This document shows, piece after piece, positions 20,157 through 29,551 of a DNA stretch of 64,000 nt. Under the pieces are notes generated by a model. The model did not search any database. It saw only the letters and a program-made list of their open reading frames with translations, and was not told where the DNA came from. Source of the stretch: an uncultured Spirochaetales bacterium (GTDB lineage: Bacteria > Myxococcota_A > UBA9160 > SMWR01); the NCBI GenBank assembly GCA_964624475.1, contig CAZUYC010000083.1, positions 135,792-199,791 of the forward strand, written 5' to 3'. Position numbers and translations under genes: made by a program. Each line of letters opens with the position of its first letter. Within the stretch, counting starts at the first letter, position 1.

Positions 20157-21416
20157 ATGCCTCGTCGCTCGCGCATCCGGATCGGGGTTCTCGCGGCAGC
20201 ACTCGCGGCCGGCGCCGGCTCCGCCGTCGCCGACGAGACCTGCCAGTCGCCGTACCTGCCGCGCCTCGAGGGCCAGGAGGACTTCGTCTACGTCTGGACG
20301 CTCGGGATCGAGGGGCTCGGGGACGGCTCGGACAAGCTCGTGACGGTCGGAGCCAACCCGGCGCGCGCGGACCATGGGAAGGTCGTGTCGAGCGTCCCGG
20401 TCGGCGGCCGCGACGAGGCCCATCACGCCGGCTTCAGCGACGACCGGCGCCGGCTCTGGGCCGGGGGCCTCGACTCGAGCCGGATCTTCGTCTTCGACGT
20501 GCACAGCGATCCGGCGCGCCCGAAGCTCGTGCGGACGATCGAAGACTTCGTCGCGCGCACGGGCGGCGTCGTGGGTCCCCACACCTTCTACGCGCTTCCC
20601 GGGCGCATGCTGATCACGGGCCTCTCGAACTCGAAGGACTGGGGCGGTCGCACGGCGCTCGTCGAGTACAGCAACGAGGGCGAGTTCATCCGCACCCTCT
20701 GGATGCCCGAAGGCGCGGAGTACGGCTACGACGCGCGCGTGAAGCCGGAGCTGAACCGCATGCTGACCTCCTCCTTCACCGGCCACGCCAACTACATGCG
20801 CAAGCTCGGGGACCTGCTGGGCGACGCCGAGGCGATGAAGCGCTTCGGGAACACCGTGGTGGTGTGGGACTTCCACGCGCGCAAGCCGCTGCAGACGCTC
20901 GCGGTCCCGGGGGCGCCGCTCGAGATCCGCTGGGCCCTCCGCCCCGAGCACCACTACGCTTTCACGAGCACCGCGCTCACCGCGAAGCTCTGGGGGATCT
21001 TCCGCAAGGACGACGGCTCCTTCGAGGCGGTCCCGATCGGCGACGTCGGCGATCCCTCGAAGACGCCGCTCCCGGTCGACATCTCGCTCTCGGCGGACGA
21101 CCGCTTCCTGTTCGTCGACAGCTTCATGGATGGGAAGGTTCGCGTCTACGACGTCTCGGACCCGCGCAAGGCGAAGCTCGTGCACGAGCGCGTGATCGGA
21201 CCCCAGCTCAATATGGTCTCACAGTCCTGGGACGGGAAGCGCGTCTACTTCACGAGCTCGCTGCTCGCCCACTGGGACGGCACCGGCCACGAGGACGCCC
21301 AGTTCCTGCGGGCCTTCGGCTGGGACGGGAAGACGCTCGAGCCCGCCTTCGAGATCGACTTCCGCGGGCAGGCGCTCGGCCGCCCGCACATCATGAACCT
21401 CGGCGCGGGGGGGTAG
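20157..21416 (+). CDS. SBP56-family (selenium-binding protein / methanethiol oxidase-like) protein, secreted
   Basis: N-terminal signal MPRRSRIRIGVLAAALAAGAGSAVA. Family-typical stretches LWAGGLDSSRIFVFDV, GPHTFYALPGRMLI and YFTSSLL. Confidence 0.88.
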   Translation: MPRRSRIRIGVLAAALAAGAGSAVADETCQSPYLPRLEGQEDFVYVWTLGIEGLGDGSDKLVTVGANPARADHGKVVSSVPVGGRDEAHHAGFSDDRRRLWAGGLDSSRIFVFDVHSDPARPKLVRTIEDFVARTGGVVGPHTFYALPGRMLITGLSNSKDWGGRTALVEYSNEGEFIRTLWMPEGAEYGYDARVKPELNRMLTSSFTGHANYMRKLGDLLGDAEAMKRFGNTVVVWDFHARKPLQTLAVPGAPLEIRWALRPEHHYAFTSTALTAKLWGIFRKDDGSFEAVPIGDVGDPSKTPLPVDISLSADDRFLFVDSFMDGKVRVYDVSDPRKAKLVHERVIGPQLNMVSQSWDGKRVYFTSSLLAHWDGTGHEDAQFLRAFGWDGKTLEPAFEIDFRGQALGRPHIMNLGAGG

Positions 21417-22129
21417 TGGGCGCAGTGCCCCGTTCCAGACCTTCGCGGTGGTTCGGAGGCAGCGTGCGCCCGCTCTTCTGTGCGCTCGCCCTTGGCCTCG
21501 CCCCGGACCCCGCACGGGGGCACGGGACTCCGCACGCCGCGGCGGCCGATGAGGGGGCGCCGCCCCTCGCCTACGAGCTCCCGGCCGCGGGGAGCTACGA
21601 GCTCCCGCCGATCCTGCGCGTCTCGGACCACGAGCTGCTGGGCTCCGACGGGGCGCGCGCCCGGATCCTCGACCTCGCTCCCGGCGAGCTGGCCTTCGTC
21701 TCCTTCGTCTACCTCGGCTGCCACGACGCGAGCGGCTGCCCGCTCGCGCTCGCGACGCTGCTGCGCCTCGATCGCGCGCTCGCGGCGCGCCCCGAGCTCG
21801 CCGGCCGCGTGCGGCTCGCGACGGTGAGCTTCGACCCCGCGCGGGATCGCCCGGACGACCTCGCGCGCCTGCGCGAGGGGCTCGGTCCCCGCTCCGAGTG
21901 GCGCTTCCTGACCGCGACCGGCGAGGCCGATCTCGCCCCCGTGCTCGCGGACTTCGGCCAGGACCGCGACGTGCTCCCCGCCGGCGCCGGCGACACGGCC
22001 CGCCTCGGCCACGTGCTCAAGGTCTTCCTCGTCGATTCGCGCGGCGACGTCCGCAACGTCTACAGCACGGGCTTCCTCGACCACCGGCTCCTCGTGCGCG
22101 ACGCCGAGACGCTGCTGCTCGAGCCCTGA
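21416..22129 (+). CDS. SCO1/SenC-family thioredoxin-fold copper chaperone
   Basis: FVYLGCHDASGCPL Cys pair, VSFDPARD and VFLVD patterns. Start is GTG at 21416 (overlapping the SBP56 stop) or 21425. Confidence 0.75.
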   Translation: MGAVPRSRPSRWFGGSVRPLFCALALGLAPDPARGHGTPHAAAADEGAPPLAYELPAAGSYELPPILRVSDHELLGSDGARARILDLAPGELAFVSFVYLGCHDASGCPLALATLLRLDRALAARPELAGRVRLATVSFDPARDRPDDLARLREGLGPRSEWRFLTATGEADLAPVLADFGQDRDVLPAGAGDTARLGHVLKVFLVDSRGDVRNVYSTGFLDHRLLVRDAETLLLEP

Positions 22130-22167
22130 AGCCCCGTGAGGAGCACGCGCGCCATCGCGCGCTGGCC

Positions 22168-22800
22168 TCAACGCCACGCGAAGACCGGCTGGTCGTAGTG
22201 CGACACGCGCATGGCGCGGCCCCACAAGGCGACCTCGCGGAGCTGGTAGAGGAAGGCCCCCGTCGGCGCGTGGATGTGCGCGCCGAGCAGCGGCACGGAG
22301 ATCACCGGGCGCTCGCTCTCGGGGATCCGCCGCAGGCGCGGCACGTCGGGCCGCTCGAGCTCGCAGAGCGCGACCCGATACGCGGCCGCGACCTCGACCG
22401 GGTTCGGGCGCAGATCGCCGGCGCCCTCGGCCCAGACGACGACCGGCGTGATCGCATAGCCGGAGCGCGTCGCGTAGTCGTCGAGGAGCCCGAGCACCGG
22501 GTCGCCGGAGGGCTCGAGCCCGACCTCCTCGGCGAGCTCGCGGAGCGCCGCCGCAGGGGCGCTCTCGCCCGCGTCGACGCGCCCGCCCGGGAGCGCCCAC
22601 TGCCCGCCGTGCGAGCGCAGGCGCGGGGCGCGGCGCGTGAGCACGAAGCAGGCGCGACCCTCGGCGTCGGGGACGAGCGCGATGGCGACGGCCGCGCGCC
22701 GCAGGCCCGCGTCGCTCACGACCTCGCGCTCGAAGGCCGCGAGATTCGCGCGCACCCGCTCGCGCAGCGCGGGCCCGAAGCCGAGGCCGGGGTCGGACAC
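22168..22800 (-). CDS. NUDIX hydrolase (CoA pyrophosphatase-like)
   Basis: Nudix box LPGGRVDAGESAPAAALRELAEEVGL. Confidence 0.85.
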   Translation of the reverse strand: MSDPGLGFGPALRERVRANLAAFEREVVSDAGLRRAAVAIALVPDAEGRACFVLTRRAPRLRSHGGQWALPGGRVDAGESAPAAALRELAEEVGLEPSGDPVLGLLDDYATRSGYAITPVVVWAEGAGDLRPNPVEVAAAYRVALCELERPDVPRLRRIPESERPVISVPLLGAHIHAPTGAFLYQLREVALWGRAMRVSHYDQPVFAWR

Positions 22801-22862
22801 GCCGGGAGGATACCCGAAGCCCGGCTGGACGCGGGCGCCCCGCGCCGCGAGACTCCGCGCCC

Positions 22863-23792
22863 GTGCTCGCCGAAGTCCGCCGCCGCAGGGTCTCGCTCCC
22901 GGGTCGAGGCGTCGAGCTCGCGCTCCTCGACTGGGGCGGCGAGGGGCCCCTCGCGCTGCTGCACCACGCGAACGGGTTCTGCGCGGCGGTGTGGGGCCCC
23001 GTAGCCGAAGGCCTGCGCGGGAGCTTCCGCGTCGTCGCCGTCGACGCGCGCGGCCACGGCGACTCCTCCAAGCCCGAGGACGCCGAAAGCTATCACTGGG
23101 CGGAGTTCGGCCGCGACCTCGCGGCGCTCGCGGCGACCCTGGCCGCCGAGTCGGGCCCCGTGGCGGTCGGCCTCGGCCACTCCTTCGGCGGCACGGCGAC
23201 GCTGCTCGCCGCGGTGGAGCGCCCGGAGCTCTTCGAGCGCGTGGTCCTCGTCGACCCGGTGATCTTTCCGGCGCACGCCTTCGAGGCCGACCCGGAGCGA
23301 CGCGCCCGCGCCGGCGGCATGGCCGAGGGCGCGCGCCGCCGCCGCCACGTCTTTCCGGATCGCGCCGCCGCCGGCGCGAGCTGGCGGACCCGCGACACCT
23401 TCGCGCGCTGGGATCCGCGCGTGCTCGAGCTCTATCTGGCCGAGGGGCTCGCGGAGCGCCCGGGCGGCGGCGTCGAGCTCAAGTGCCCCGGGGAGGTCGA
23501 GGCGGCCATCTTCGAGCGCGGCGCGAGCGTGGACGCGATGGCCGCGGCGCGGCGGCTGCGCGTTCCCGCGCTCGTCCTCGCCGCGCGGCGGGGGAACTTC
23601 CCGCGCGCGCACTTCGAGGAGCTCGCGCGCGGCATGTCCGACGGGCGGGTGCGCGAGGTCGACACGGGGCACTTCGTCCCGATGGAGGACCCGGAGCTCG
23701 TCGTGCGCGAGACGCTCGCCTTCAGCGCTCGACCGGAAAGCCCCGCCGCTGCCAGCCCGAGAAGCCCTCCGCCAGCGACACGACGCTCGTGA
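22863..23792 (+). CDS. Alpha/beta hydrolase
   Basis: LLHHANGF, nucleophile elbow GHSFGG, and C-terminal HFVPMEDP. Confidence 0.8.
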   Translation: MLAEVRRRRVSLPGRGVELALLDWGGEGPLALLHHANGFCAAVWGPVAEGLRGSFRVVAVDARGHGDSSKPEDAESYHWAEFGRDLAALAATLAAESGPVAVGLGHSFGGTATLLAAVERPELFERVVLVDPVIFPAHAFEADPERRARAGGMAEGARRRRHVFPDRAAAGASWRTRDTFARWDPRVLELYLAEGLAERPGGGVELKCPGEVEAAIFERGASVDAMAAARRLRVPALVLAARRGNFPRAHFEELARGMSDGRVREVDTGHFVPMEDPELVVRETLAFSARPESPAAASPRSPPPATRRS

Positions 23793-24111
23793 AGCCCATC
23801 TCGTGGAGCGTCCGAGCCGCGAGCGCGCTCCGGTGCCCTCCACCGCAGTAGAGCACGAGCCTCCGCTCGCGATCGGCGAGCCACGCGTCGCGCTTCGGAT
23901 GCGAGAGGTCGGCGCGCACCTCGAGGAAGCCGCGCGGGAAGCTCCGCGCCCCGGGGATCCGCCCCGCGTCCCACTCGTCGGGCTCGCGCACGTCGACGAA
24001 GTGCCAGCCGTCGCACTCCGTTGCCTCGAGCAGGCTCCGCGCCTCCTCCGGCGAGATCTCGCTCACCACGGCGAGCGCCGAGCGCACGAAGTCCGCCAGG
24101 GCCTTCGCCAA
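23722..24111 (-). CDS. Rhodanese-domain sulfurtransferase
   Basis: FVDVREPDEWDAGRIPGA and active-site loop YCGGGHRS. Confidence 0.88.
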   Translation of the reverse strand: MAKALADFVRSALAVVSEISPEEARSLLEATECDGWHFVDVREPDEWDAGRIPGARSFPRGFLEVRADLSHPKRDAWLADRERRLVLYCGGGHRSALAARTLHEMGFTSVVSLAEGFSGWQRRGFPVER

Positions 24112-24112
24112 C

Positions 24113-24976
24113 TCATCCCCCCCAGTAGAAGGCGGCGAGCGCCACCGCGACGAAGCCGCCGAGGCTCGCGAGCAGGGCGCCGTCCTTCAGCACGGCCTCC
24201 TCCGGCTTCTCCCCGAGCGCCCCGCGTTCCGCGAGCAGCTGGTAGCGGAAGATCACGAAGATCACGAAGGGAACGGTGAACGGCAGCAGCTCCTGGGCGG
24301 GGCCGGCCTTCTCGTGCACGTCCTGCACGTAGAGCGAGTAGCTGATCACGGCGGCGGCCATCGACGCCGCGGTGAAGGCGGCGAGCGAACGCTCCGAGTA
24401 GAGCGCGAGCACCGGGCGCGAGCGCGCGGCGCCGTTTCCGACCGCGACGAGCTCGGCCCGGCGCTTCGAGAACGCGATGAACATGGCGAGGAAGAACGTG
24501 CAGAGGACGAACCAGTCGGAGTAGGGCACGTCGATCGCGAGGGCTCCCGCGACCGCGCGGATCACGAAGCCCGCCGCGACGAGCATGACGTCGAGCACGA
24601 CCACGTTCTTGCCCGCGAGCGAGTAGAAGTGGCTCGCGCCCAGGTAGACGACCACCGCCGCCCCGAAGCCACGCCCGATCCAGAAAGCCGCGCCCAGGGA
24701 CGCCGCCGTCAGCAGCGCCGCGAGGAGCGCGGCGCTGCGCGGCGCGACCTCGCCGGCGGCCAGCGGCCGGGCGCGCTTCTCGGGGTGGTAGCGGTCGCGC
24801 TCCACGTCTACCAGGTCGTTCACGACGTACACGGAGGACGAGGCGAGACAGAAGGCGACGAAGGCGAGGCAGGCCATCCCCACGGAGCGCGGCACGAAGA
24901 GCTGGCGCGCGAAGACGAGGGCCGCGAAGAGCAGCCCGTTCTTGATCCACTGCCGCGGGCGGAGCAGGCGCAGCAC
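24113..24976 (-). CDS. UbiA-family decaprenyl-phosphate phosphoribosyltransferase-like enzyme
   Basis: LRPRQWIKNGLLFAALVF and VNDLVDVERDRYHPEKRARPLAAG. Confidence 0.8.
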   Translation of the reverse strand: MLRLLRPRQWIKNGLLFAALVFARQLFVPRSVGMACLAFVAFCLASSSVYVVNDLVDVERDRYHPEKRARPLAAGEVAPRSAALLAALLTAASLGAAFWIGRGFGAAVVVYLGASHFYSLAGKNVVVLDVMLVAAGFVIRAVAGALAIDVPYSDWFVLCTFFLAMFIAFSKRRAELVAVGNGAARSRPVLALYSERSLAAFTAASMAAAVISYSLYVQDVHEKAGPAQELLPFTVPFVIFVIFRYQLLAERGALGEKPEEAVLKDGALLASLGGFVAVALAAFYWGG

Positions 24977-25040
24977 CGCGCGATTCTACTCTGCGTCGCT
25001 CCGATCGCTATAGTCGCAGGCGCACGGAGGTCCTGGCGAC

Positions 25041-25367
25041 ATGGAGCATCCGAGCGCGATCCGGCCCGAGGCGCACGCGGTCTTCGATCCGGCGAAGATG
25101 GGCAAGGCCACGCTCTTCCGCTCGGAGCGGATCATGGTCGGGCTCAACTGCTTCGAGCCCGGCCAGGAGCACGCGCTCCACGCGCACGCGGGAATGGACA
25201 AGGTCTACCTCGTCGTCTCCGGCCGGGGGCGCTTCGTCCTCGAGGGCCGCGAGCTGCCGATGGAGGCGGGCGCGATGCTGGTGGCGCCGGAGGGGGTGCC
25301 GCACGGCATCCGCAACCCGGGCGGCGATCGGCTGGTCGTTCTCGCGATCCTCGCGCCCGCGCCGTAG
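25041..25367 (+). CDS. Cupin domain protein
   Basis: 108 aa. GQEHALHAHAGMDKVY ... PEGVPHGIRN has the cupin His pattern. Confidence 0.8.
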   Translation: MEHPSAIRPEAHAVFDPAKMGKATLFRSERIMVGLNCFEPGQEHALHAHAGMDKVYLVVSGRGRFVLEGRELPMEAGAMLVAPEGVPHGIRNPGGDRLVVLAILAPAP

Positions 25368-25448
25368 GGGGCTCGAGTCGCTCTGGGGTGCGGCCGATGG
25401 CCTCGGTATGGTCTGCGGCCCTGGGATCGGGAGGGGAGGAGGAGCGGC

Positions 25449-28286
25449 TTGAGCCGGCACGTCGAGCCGAAGCCTGCGCCGCGCGGCGCCGACGGGGGAG
25501 AGCCCGAGCCCGAGCCCGAGCTCGACCGGATCGGGCGCTTCGGAGTGAACGCGGCTCTCGTCGAGGAGATCCGCCAGCGCTACGAGGTGGACCCGACGTC
25601 GGTCGACGCCGGCTGGGCCGATCTCTTCGAGGCGGAGGACGAGGCCCCTGGCGAGCCGAAGCCTGCGCCGGACGCGGAGACGCCGCCCGGGCTCGCGGCG
25701 CAGGCGGCCGACCGCCACGCGCGCGTCCTGCGGCTGATCCACTCCTACCGGGCGCGGGGCCACCGGATCGCGAACACCGACCCGCTCGGCTCCCATCCCT
25801 CCTACTTCCCCGAGCTCGATCCCGCGCACTACGGCTTCGGGAACGAGGACATGGGTCGCCGCTACATCGCGGGCGACCTGCCCGGCGGTCCGCTCCAGAC
25901 GCTGGGCCAGATCCTCGAGCGCCTGCGCCATACCTACTGCCGCACGATCGGCGTCGAGTTCACGCACGTGCAGGACCCCGGCCGGAAGCTCTGGCTCCAG
26001 CGCCAGCTCGAGGAGCCCGAGAACGAGAGCCGCCCTACCACGCCGGAGCGCCTGCGCATCCTCGAGAAGCTCGCCGCGGCGGAGATCTTCGAGCGCTTCC
26101 TGCACACGAAGTTCGTGGGGCAGAAGCGCTTCTCCCTCGAGGGCTCCGAGTCGCTGATCCCGGCGCTCGACACGCTCGTCGAGGACGCCCCGCGGCACGG
26201 GATCCGCGAGCTCGTGATCGGCATGGCCCACCGCGGCCGCCTGAACGTGCTCTCCAACGTGATCGGGAAGTCGATCGCGTCGATCTTCTCCGAGTTCGAG
26301 GATAGCCCCCTGATCGACAGCCCCTTCGGCTCGGGGGACGTCAAGTACCACAAGGGCTTCACGGCCGACCGCCGCGTGGCGACCGGCGAGAGCGTGCACC
26401 TCTCCCTCACGGGCAACCCGTCGCACCTCGAGGCGGTGGACCCGGTGGTCGAGGGGCGCGCGCGCGCCAAGCAGCGCCGCGCCGGCGATCTGCAGGGCGA
26501 GACGATCGTGCCCGTCCTGATCCACGGCGACGCGGCCTTCGCGGGGCAGGGGATCGTCGCCGAGACGCTGAACCTCTCGCAGCTCGCGGGCTACTGCACC
26601 GGCGGCACGCTCCACTTCGTGGTGAACAACCAGATCGGCTTCACCACGACGCCCGCCGAGGCGCGCTCCACGCTCTACTGCACGGACGTCGCCAAGATGA
26701 TCCAGGTGCCGATCTTCCACGTGAACGGCGACGACCCCGAGGCCGTCGTTGGCTGCACGCGCCTCGCCCTCGCCTACCGGCAACGCTTCCACGAGGACGT
26801 GGTGATCGACATCGTCTGCTATCGCCGCCACGGGCACAACGAGGGCGACGAGCCGAGCTTCACCCAGCCGCTGCTCTACGAGAAGATCCGCGGGCGCAAG
26901 AGCACGCGCACGCTCTACGAGGAGAGGCTCCTCGAGCTCGGCGTGCTCGAGCCCGCCGACCTCCGGCGCATCGACGAGGACCTCGACCGGCAGCTCGAGC
27001 ACGCGCTGCGGGTGATCGAGACGCGGCCGCCGGGGCCCGACGAGCCCTACGAGCCGCGGGGACCGTGGTCGGGTTTCTCGCGCACGCCACCCGAGGCGGA
27101 CCCGGAGACCGGGGTGCCCGTCGAGCAGCTCGCGATGATCGCCGAGCGGATCTCGACCGTGCCCGCCGGCTTCGCCCTGCACCCGAAGCTCGCGGCGCTG
27201 CTCGAGCGCCGGCGCAAGGTGATCGCGGAGGACGGCGCGGTGGACTGGGGGATGGCCGAGGCGCTGGCCTTCGGGTCGCTCGTGGCCGAGGGCACGCCGC
27301 TCCGGCTCTCGGGCCAGGACTCCTGCCGCGGCACCTTCAGCCAGCGCCACGCGGCGCTCGTGGACCAGCGCAGCGGCGAGGAGTACCTGCCGCTCGCCCA
27401 CGTCTCGCCGACCCAGGCGCGCTTCGAGTGCTACGACTCCCTGCTCTCGGAGGCCGCGGTGCTCGGCTTCGAGTACGGCCACAGCCTCGCGGACCCGTCG
27501 GTGCTCACGATCTGGGAGGCGCAGTTCGGCGACTTCGCGAACGGGGCGCAGGTGATCATCGACCAGTTCATCACCTCCGCGCACGTGAAGTGGGGCCGCA
27601 TGAGCGGGCTCGTGATGCTGCTCCCGCACGGCTACGAGGGCCAGGGGCCCGAGCACTCGAGCGCGCGCATGGAGCGCTTCCTCCAGGCGTGCGCCGACGA
27701 CAACATCCAGCTGGTGAACTGCTCCACCTCCGCGAACTACTTCCACGTGCTGCGCCGCCAGATGCGCCGCCCCTTCCGGGCGCCGCTCGTCGTCTTCACG
27801 CCGAAGAGCCTGCTGCGCCTCCCGCGCGCGACCTCGCGACCGCGGGACCTGGCGAGCGGGCGCTTCCGGCGCCTGATCCCCGACGAGGCCGCGCTCGCCG
27901 CGCCGGAGGGCGTGCGCCGCGTGGTCCTGTGCAGCGGCAAGGTCTACTACGACCTTCTGGAGGAGCGCGGGCGGCGCTTCGGCGCCTCGGTCCCGGCCGC
28001 GCTCGTGCGCGTGGAGCAGCTCCATCCCTGGCCCGCGGCAGAGATCGCGGCCGCCGTCCACGCCCTCCCCGCGGCCACCCGGGTCGTCTGGGCGCAGGAG
28101 GAGCCCGCGAACATGGGCGCCTGGACCTTCGTGCGCGAGCGGATCCACGACGCGCTGCTCCCGCACCAGGCGCTCGCCTACGCCGGACGTCGCGCGGCCG
28201 CGAGCCCCGCCGCCGGCTCGCTCCGCATCCACCGGCAGGAGCAGGCCGCGGTGCTCGACGCCGCCTTCGTGGGTCTCGACCGCTGA
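25449..28286 (+). CDS. sucA: 2-oxoglutarate dehydrogenase E1 component
   Basis: 945 aa. SLEGSESLIP, MAHRGRLNVL, GDVKYHKG and HGDAAFAGQG motifs. TTG start follows GGGAGGGGAGGAGGAG. Confidence 0.95.
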   Translation: MSRHVEPKPAPRGADGGEPEPEPELDRIGRFGVNAALVEEIRQRYEVDPTSVDAGWADLFEAEDEAPGEPKPAPDAETPPGLAAQAADRHARVLRLIHSYRARGHRIANTDPLGSHPSYFPELDPAHYGFGNEDMGRRYIAGDLPGGPLQTLGQILERLRHTYCRTIGVEFTHVQDPGRKLWLQRQLEEPENESRPTTPERLRILEKLAAAEIFERFLHTKFVGQKRFSLEGSESLIPALDTLVEDAPRHGIRELVIGMAHRGRLNVLSNVIGKSIASIFSEFEDSPLIDSPFGSGDVKYHKGFTADRRVATGESVHLSLTGNPSHLEAVDPVVEGRARAKQRRAGDLQGETIVPVLIHGDAAFAGQGIVAETLNLSQLAGYCTGGTLHFVVNNQIGFTTTPAEARSTLYCTDVAKMIQVPIFHVNGDDPEAVVGCTRLALAYRQRFHEDVVIDIVCYRRHGHNEGDEPSFTQPLLYEKIRGRKSTRTLYEERLLELGVLEPADLRRIDEDLDRQLEHALRVIETRPPGPDEPYEPRGPWSGFSRTPPEADPETGVPVEQLAMIAERISTVPAGFALHPKLAALLERRRKVIAEDGAVDWGMAEALAFGSLVAEGTPLRLSGQDSCRGTFSQRHAALVDQRSGEEYLPLAHVSPTQARFECYDSLLSEAAVLGFEYGHSLADPSVLTIWEAQFGDFANGAQVIIDQFITSAHVKWGRMSGLVMLLPHGYEGQGPEHSSARMERFLQACADDNIQLVNCSTSANYFHVLRRQMRRPFRAPLVVFTPKSLLRLPRATSRPRDLASGRFRRLIPDEAALAAPEGVRRVVLCSGKVYYDLLEERGRRFGASVPAALVRVEQLHPWPAAEIAAAVHALPAATRVVWAQEEPANMGAWTFVRERIHDALLPHQALAYAGRRAAASPAAGSLRIHRQEQAAVLDAAFVGLDR

Positions 28287-28336
28287 TCCCGCGCGCTAGC
28301 TTTCGCCGGTATCCTCCGGCCCTCGAGGAGAGCCCC

Positions 28337-29551
28337 ATGGACCTCCGCTACGGCGAGGAGTACGAGGCCTGGCGCGGCGAGGTGCGCGCCTTCCTCGAGG
28401 GCCACTGGCCGCCGCGCGGCGAGCTCGCGAAGCTCCCGCGCAAAGCAGCTGCCGCGCGCTTCCGCGAGCTCGCCACTGAGCGCGGCTACCTGCGCCGCTC
28501 CGTGCCGAGCAAGTACGGCGGCTCCGAGCAGCCGCCGGACCCGATCCGCGCGCGCATCCTCCAGGAGGAGTTCCTGCGCGTGCGGGCGCCGATGGACGTG
28601 CGCGGCATCGGCACGATGATGCTCGTCCCGACGCTGCTCGAGAAGGGCGAGGAGTGGCAGAAGGAGCGCTTCGTGCCCCCGACCGTCCGGGGCGAGATCA
28701 CCTGGTGCCAGGGCTACAGCGAGCCGGGCTCCGGCAGCGACCTCGCGTCGCTCAAGACGCGCGCCGAGCTCGTCGGCGACGAGTGGGTCGTGAACGGGCA
28801 GAAGATCTGGACCACCCAGGCCCACGAGGCCGACTTCATGTTCTGCCTGGCGCGCAGCGAGGCGGACGCGCCCAAGCACGCCGGGATCTCGTACCTGCTG
28901 ATCCCGATGAAGCAGCCGGGGATCGAGGTCCGCCCGCTGCGCCAGATGACCGGCGGCGCCGACTTCAACCAGGTCTTCCTGAGCGACGCGCGCACCCCGA
29001 AGGACTGGATCGTGGGCAAGCGCGGCGAGGGCTGGCAGGTCTCGCGCGCGACGCTCAAGCACGAGCGCAACTCGATCGGCGCCGCGGCGCAGACCAATGC
29101 GCTCTTCCAGGGGCTCGTGCACCTGGCCCAGACGACGCGGCGCGGCGGGAAGCGGGCGATCGAAGACGCGACGATCCGCGATCGGCTGGTCGCGATCGAG
29201 GGTTACGTCCGCGCCCACGAGTACTCGAGCTACGTCCAGCTCACGCGCGATGCCCGCGGCGAGGACCCCGGGATCCTCCAGCTCATGAGCAAGCTCCACT
29301 CGACCGACATCGGGAGCCGGGTCGCCAGGCTCGCGCTCGAGATCCTCGGCGACGATGCGCTCCTCGACCCCACGGTGCAGGACGAGATGGTGCACCTCCC
29401 GAACGCGAACCGATCCTGGATCACGCAGTACATGTACTCGCTCGGGATCGCGATCGCGGGAGGGAGCGCGAACGTGCAGCGCAACGTCATCGCCGAGCGC
29501 GGCCTCGGCCTGCCGCGCGACTGGTGGGCGCAGCGGAGCTCGGGCAAGTGA
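28337..29551 (+). CDS. Acyl-CoA dehydrogenase family protein
   Basis: ITWCQGYSEPGSGSDLASL, WVVNGQKIWTT. ATG at 28337 follows GAGGAG. Confidence 0.88.
   Translation: MDLRYGEEYEAWRGEVRAFLEGHWPPRGELAKLPRKAAAARFRELATERGYLRRSVPSKYGGSEQPPDPIRARILQEEFLRVRAPMDVRGIGTMMLVPTLLEKGEEWQKERFVPPTVRGEITWCQGYSEPGSGSDLASLKTRAELVGDEWVVNGQKIWTTQAHEADFMFCLARSEADAPKHAGISYLLIPMKQPGIEVRPLRQMTGGADFNQVFLSDARTPKDWIVGKRGEGWQVSRATLKHERNSIGAAAQTNALFQGLVHLAQTTRRGGKRAIEDATIRDRLVAIEGYVRAHEYSSYVQLTRDARGEDPGILQLMSKLHSTDIGSRVARLALEILGDDALLDPTVQDEMVHLPNANRSWITQYMYSLGIAIAGGSANVQRNVIAERGLGLPRDWWAQRSSGK

Noticed and set aside
23722-23792. A 71-bp convergent 3' overlap of the hydrolase and rhodanese genes, and a 52-bp overlap at 55604..55655.
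   Set aside because: They are probably just late stop codons in GC-rich tails: the hydrolase tail is low-complexity PESPAAASPRSPPPATRRS. There is no evidence of a functional antisense arrangement.
25449-28286. sucA is not followed by sucB/lpd.
   Set aside because: Separation of the E1 and E2 genes occurs in many genomes. Nothing can be concluded from one window.
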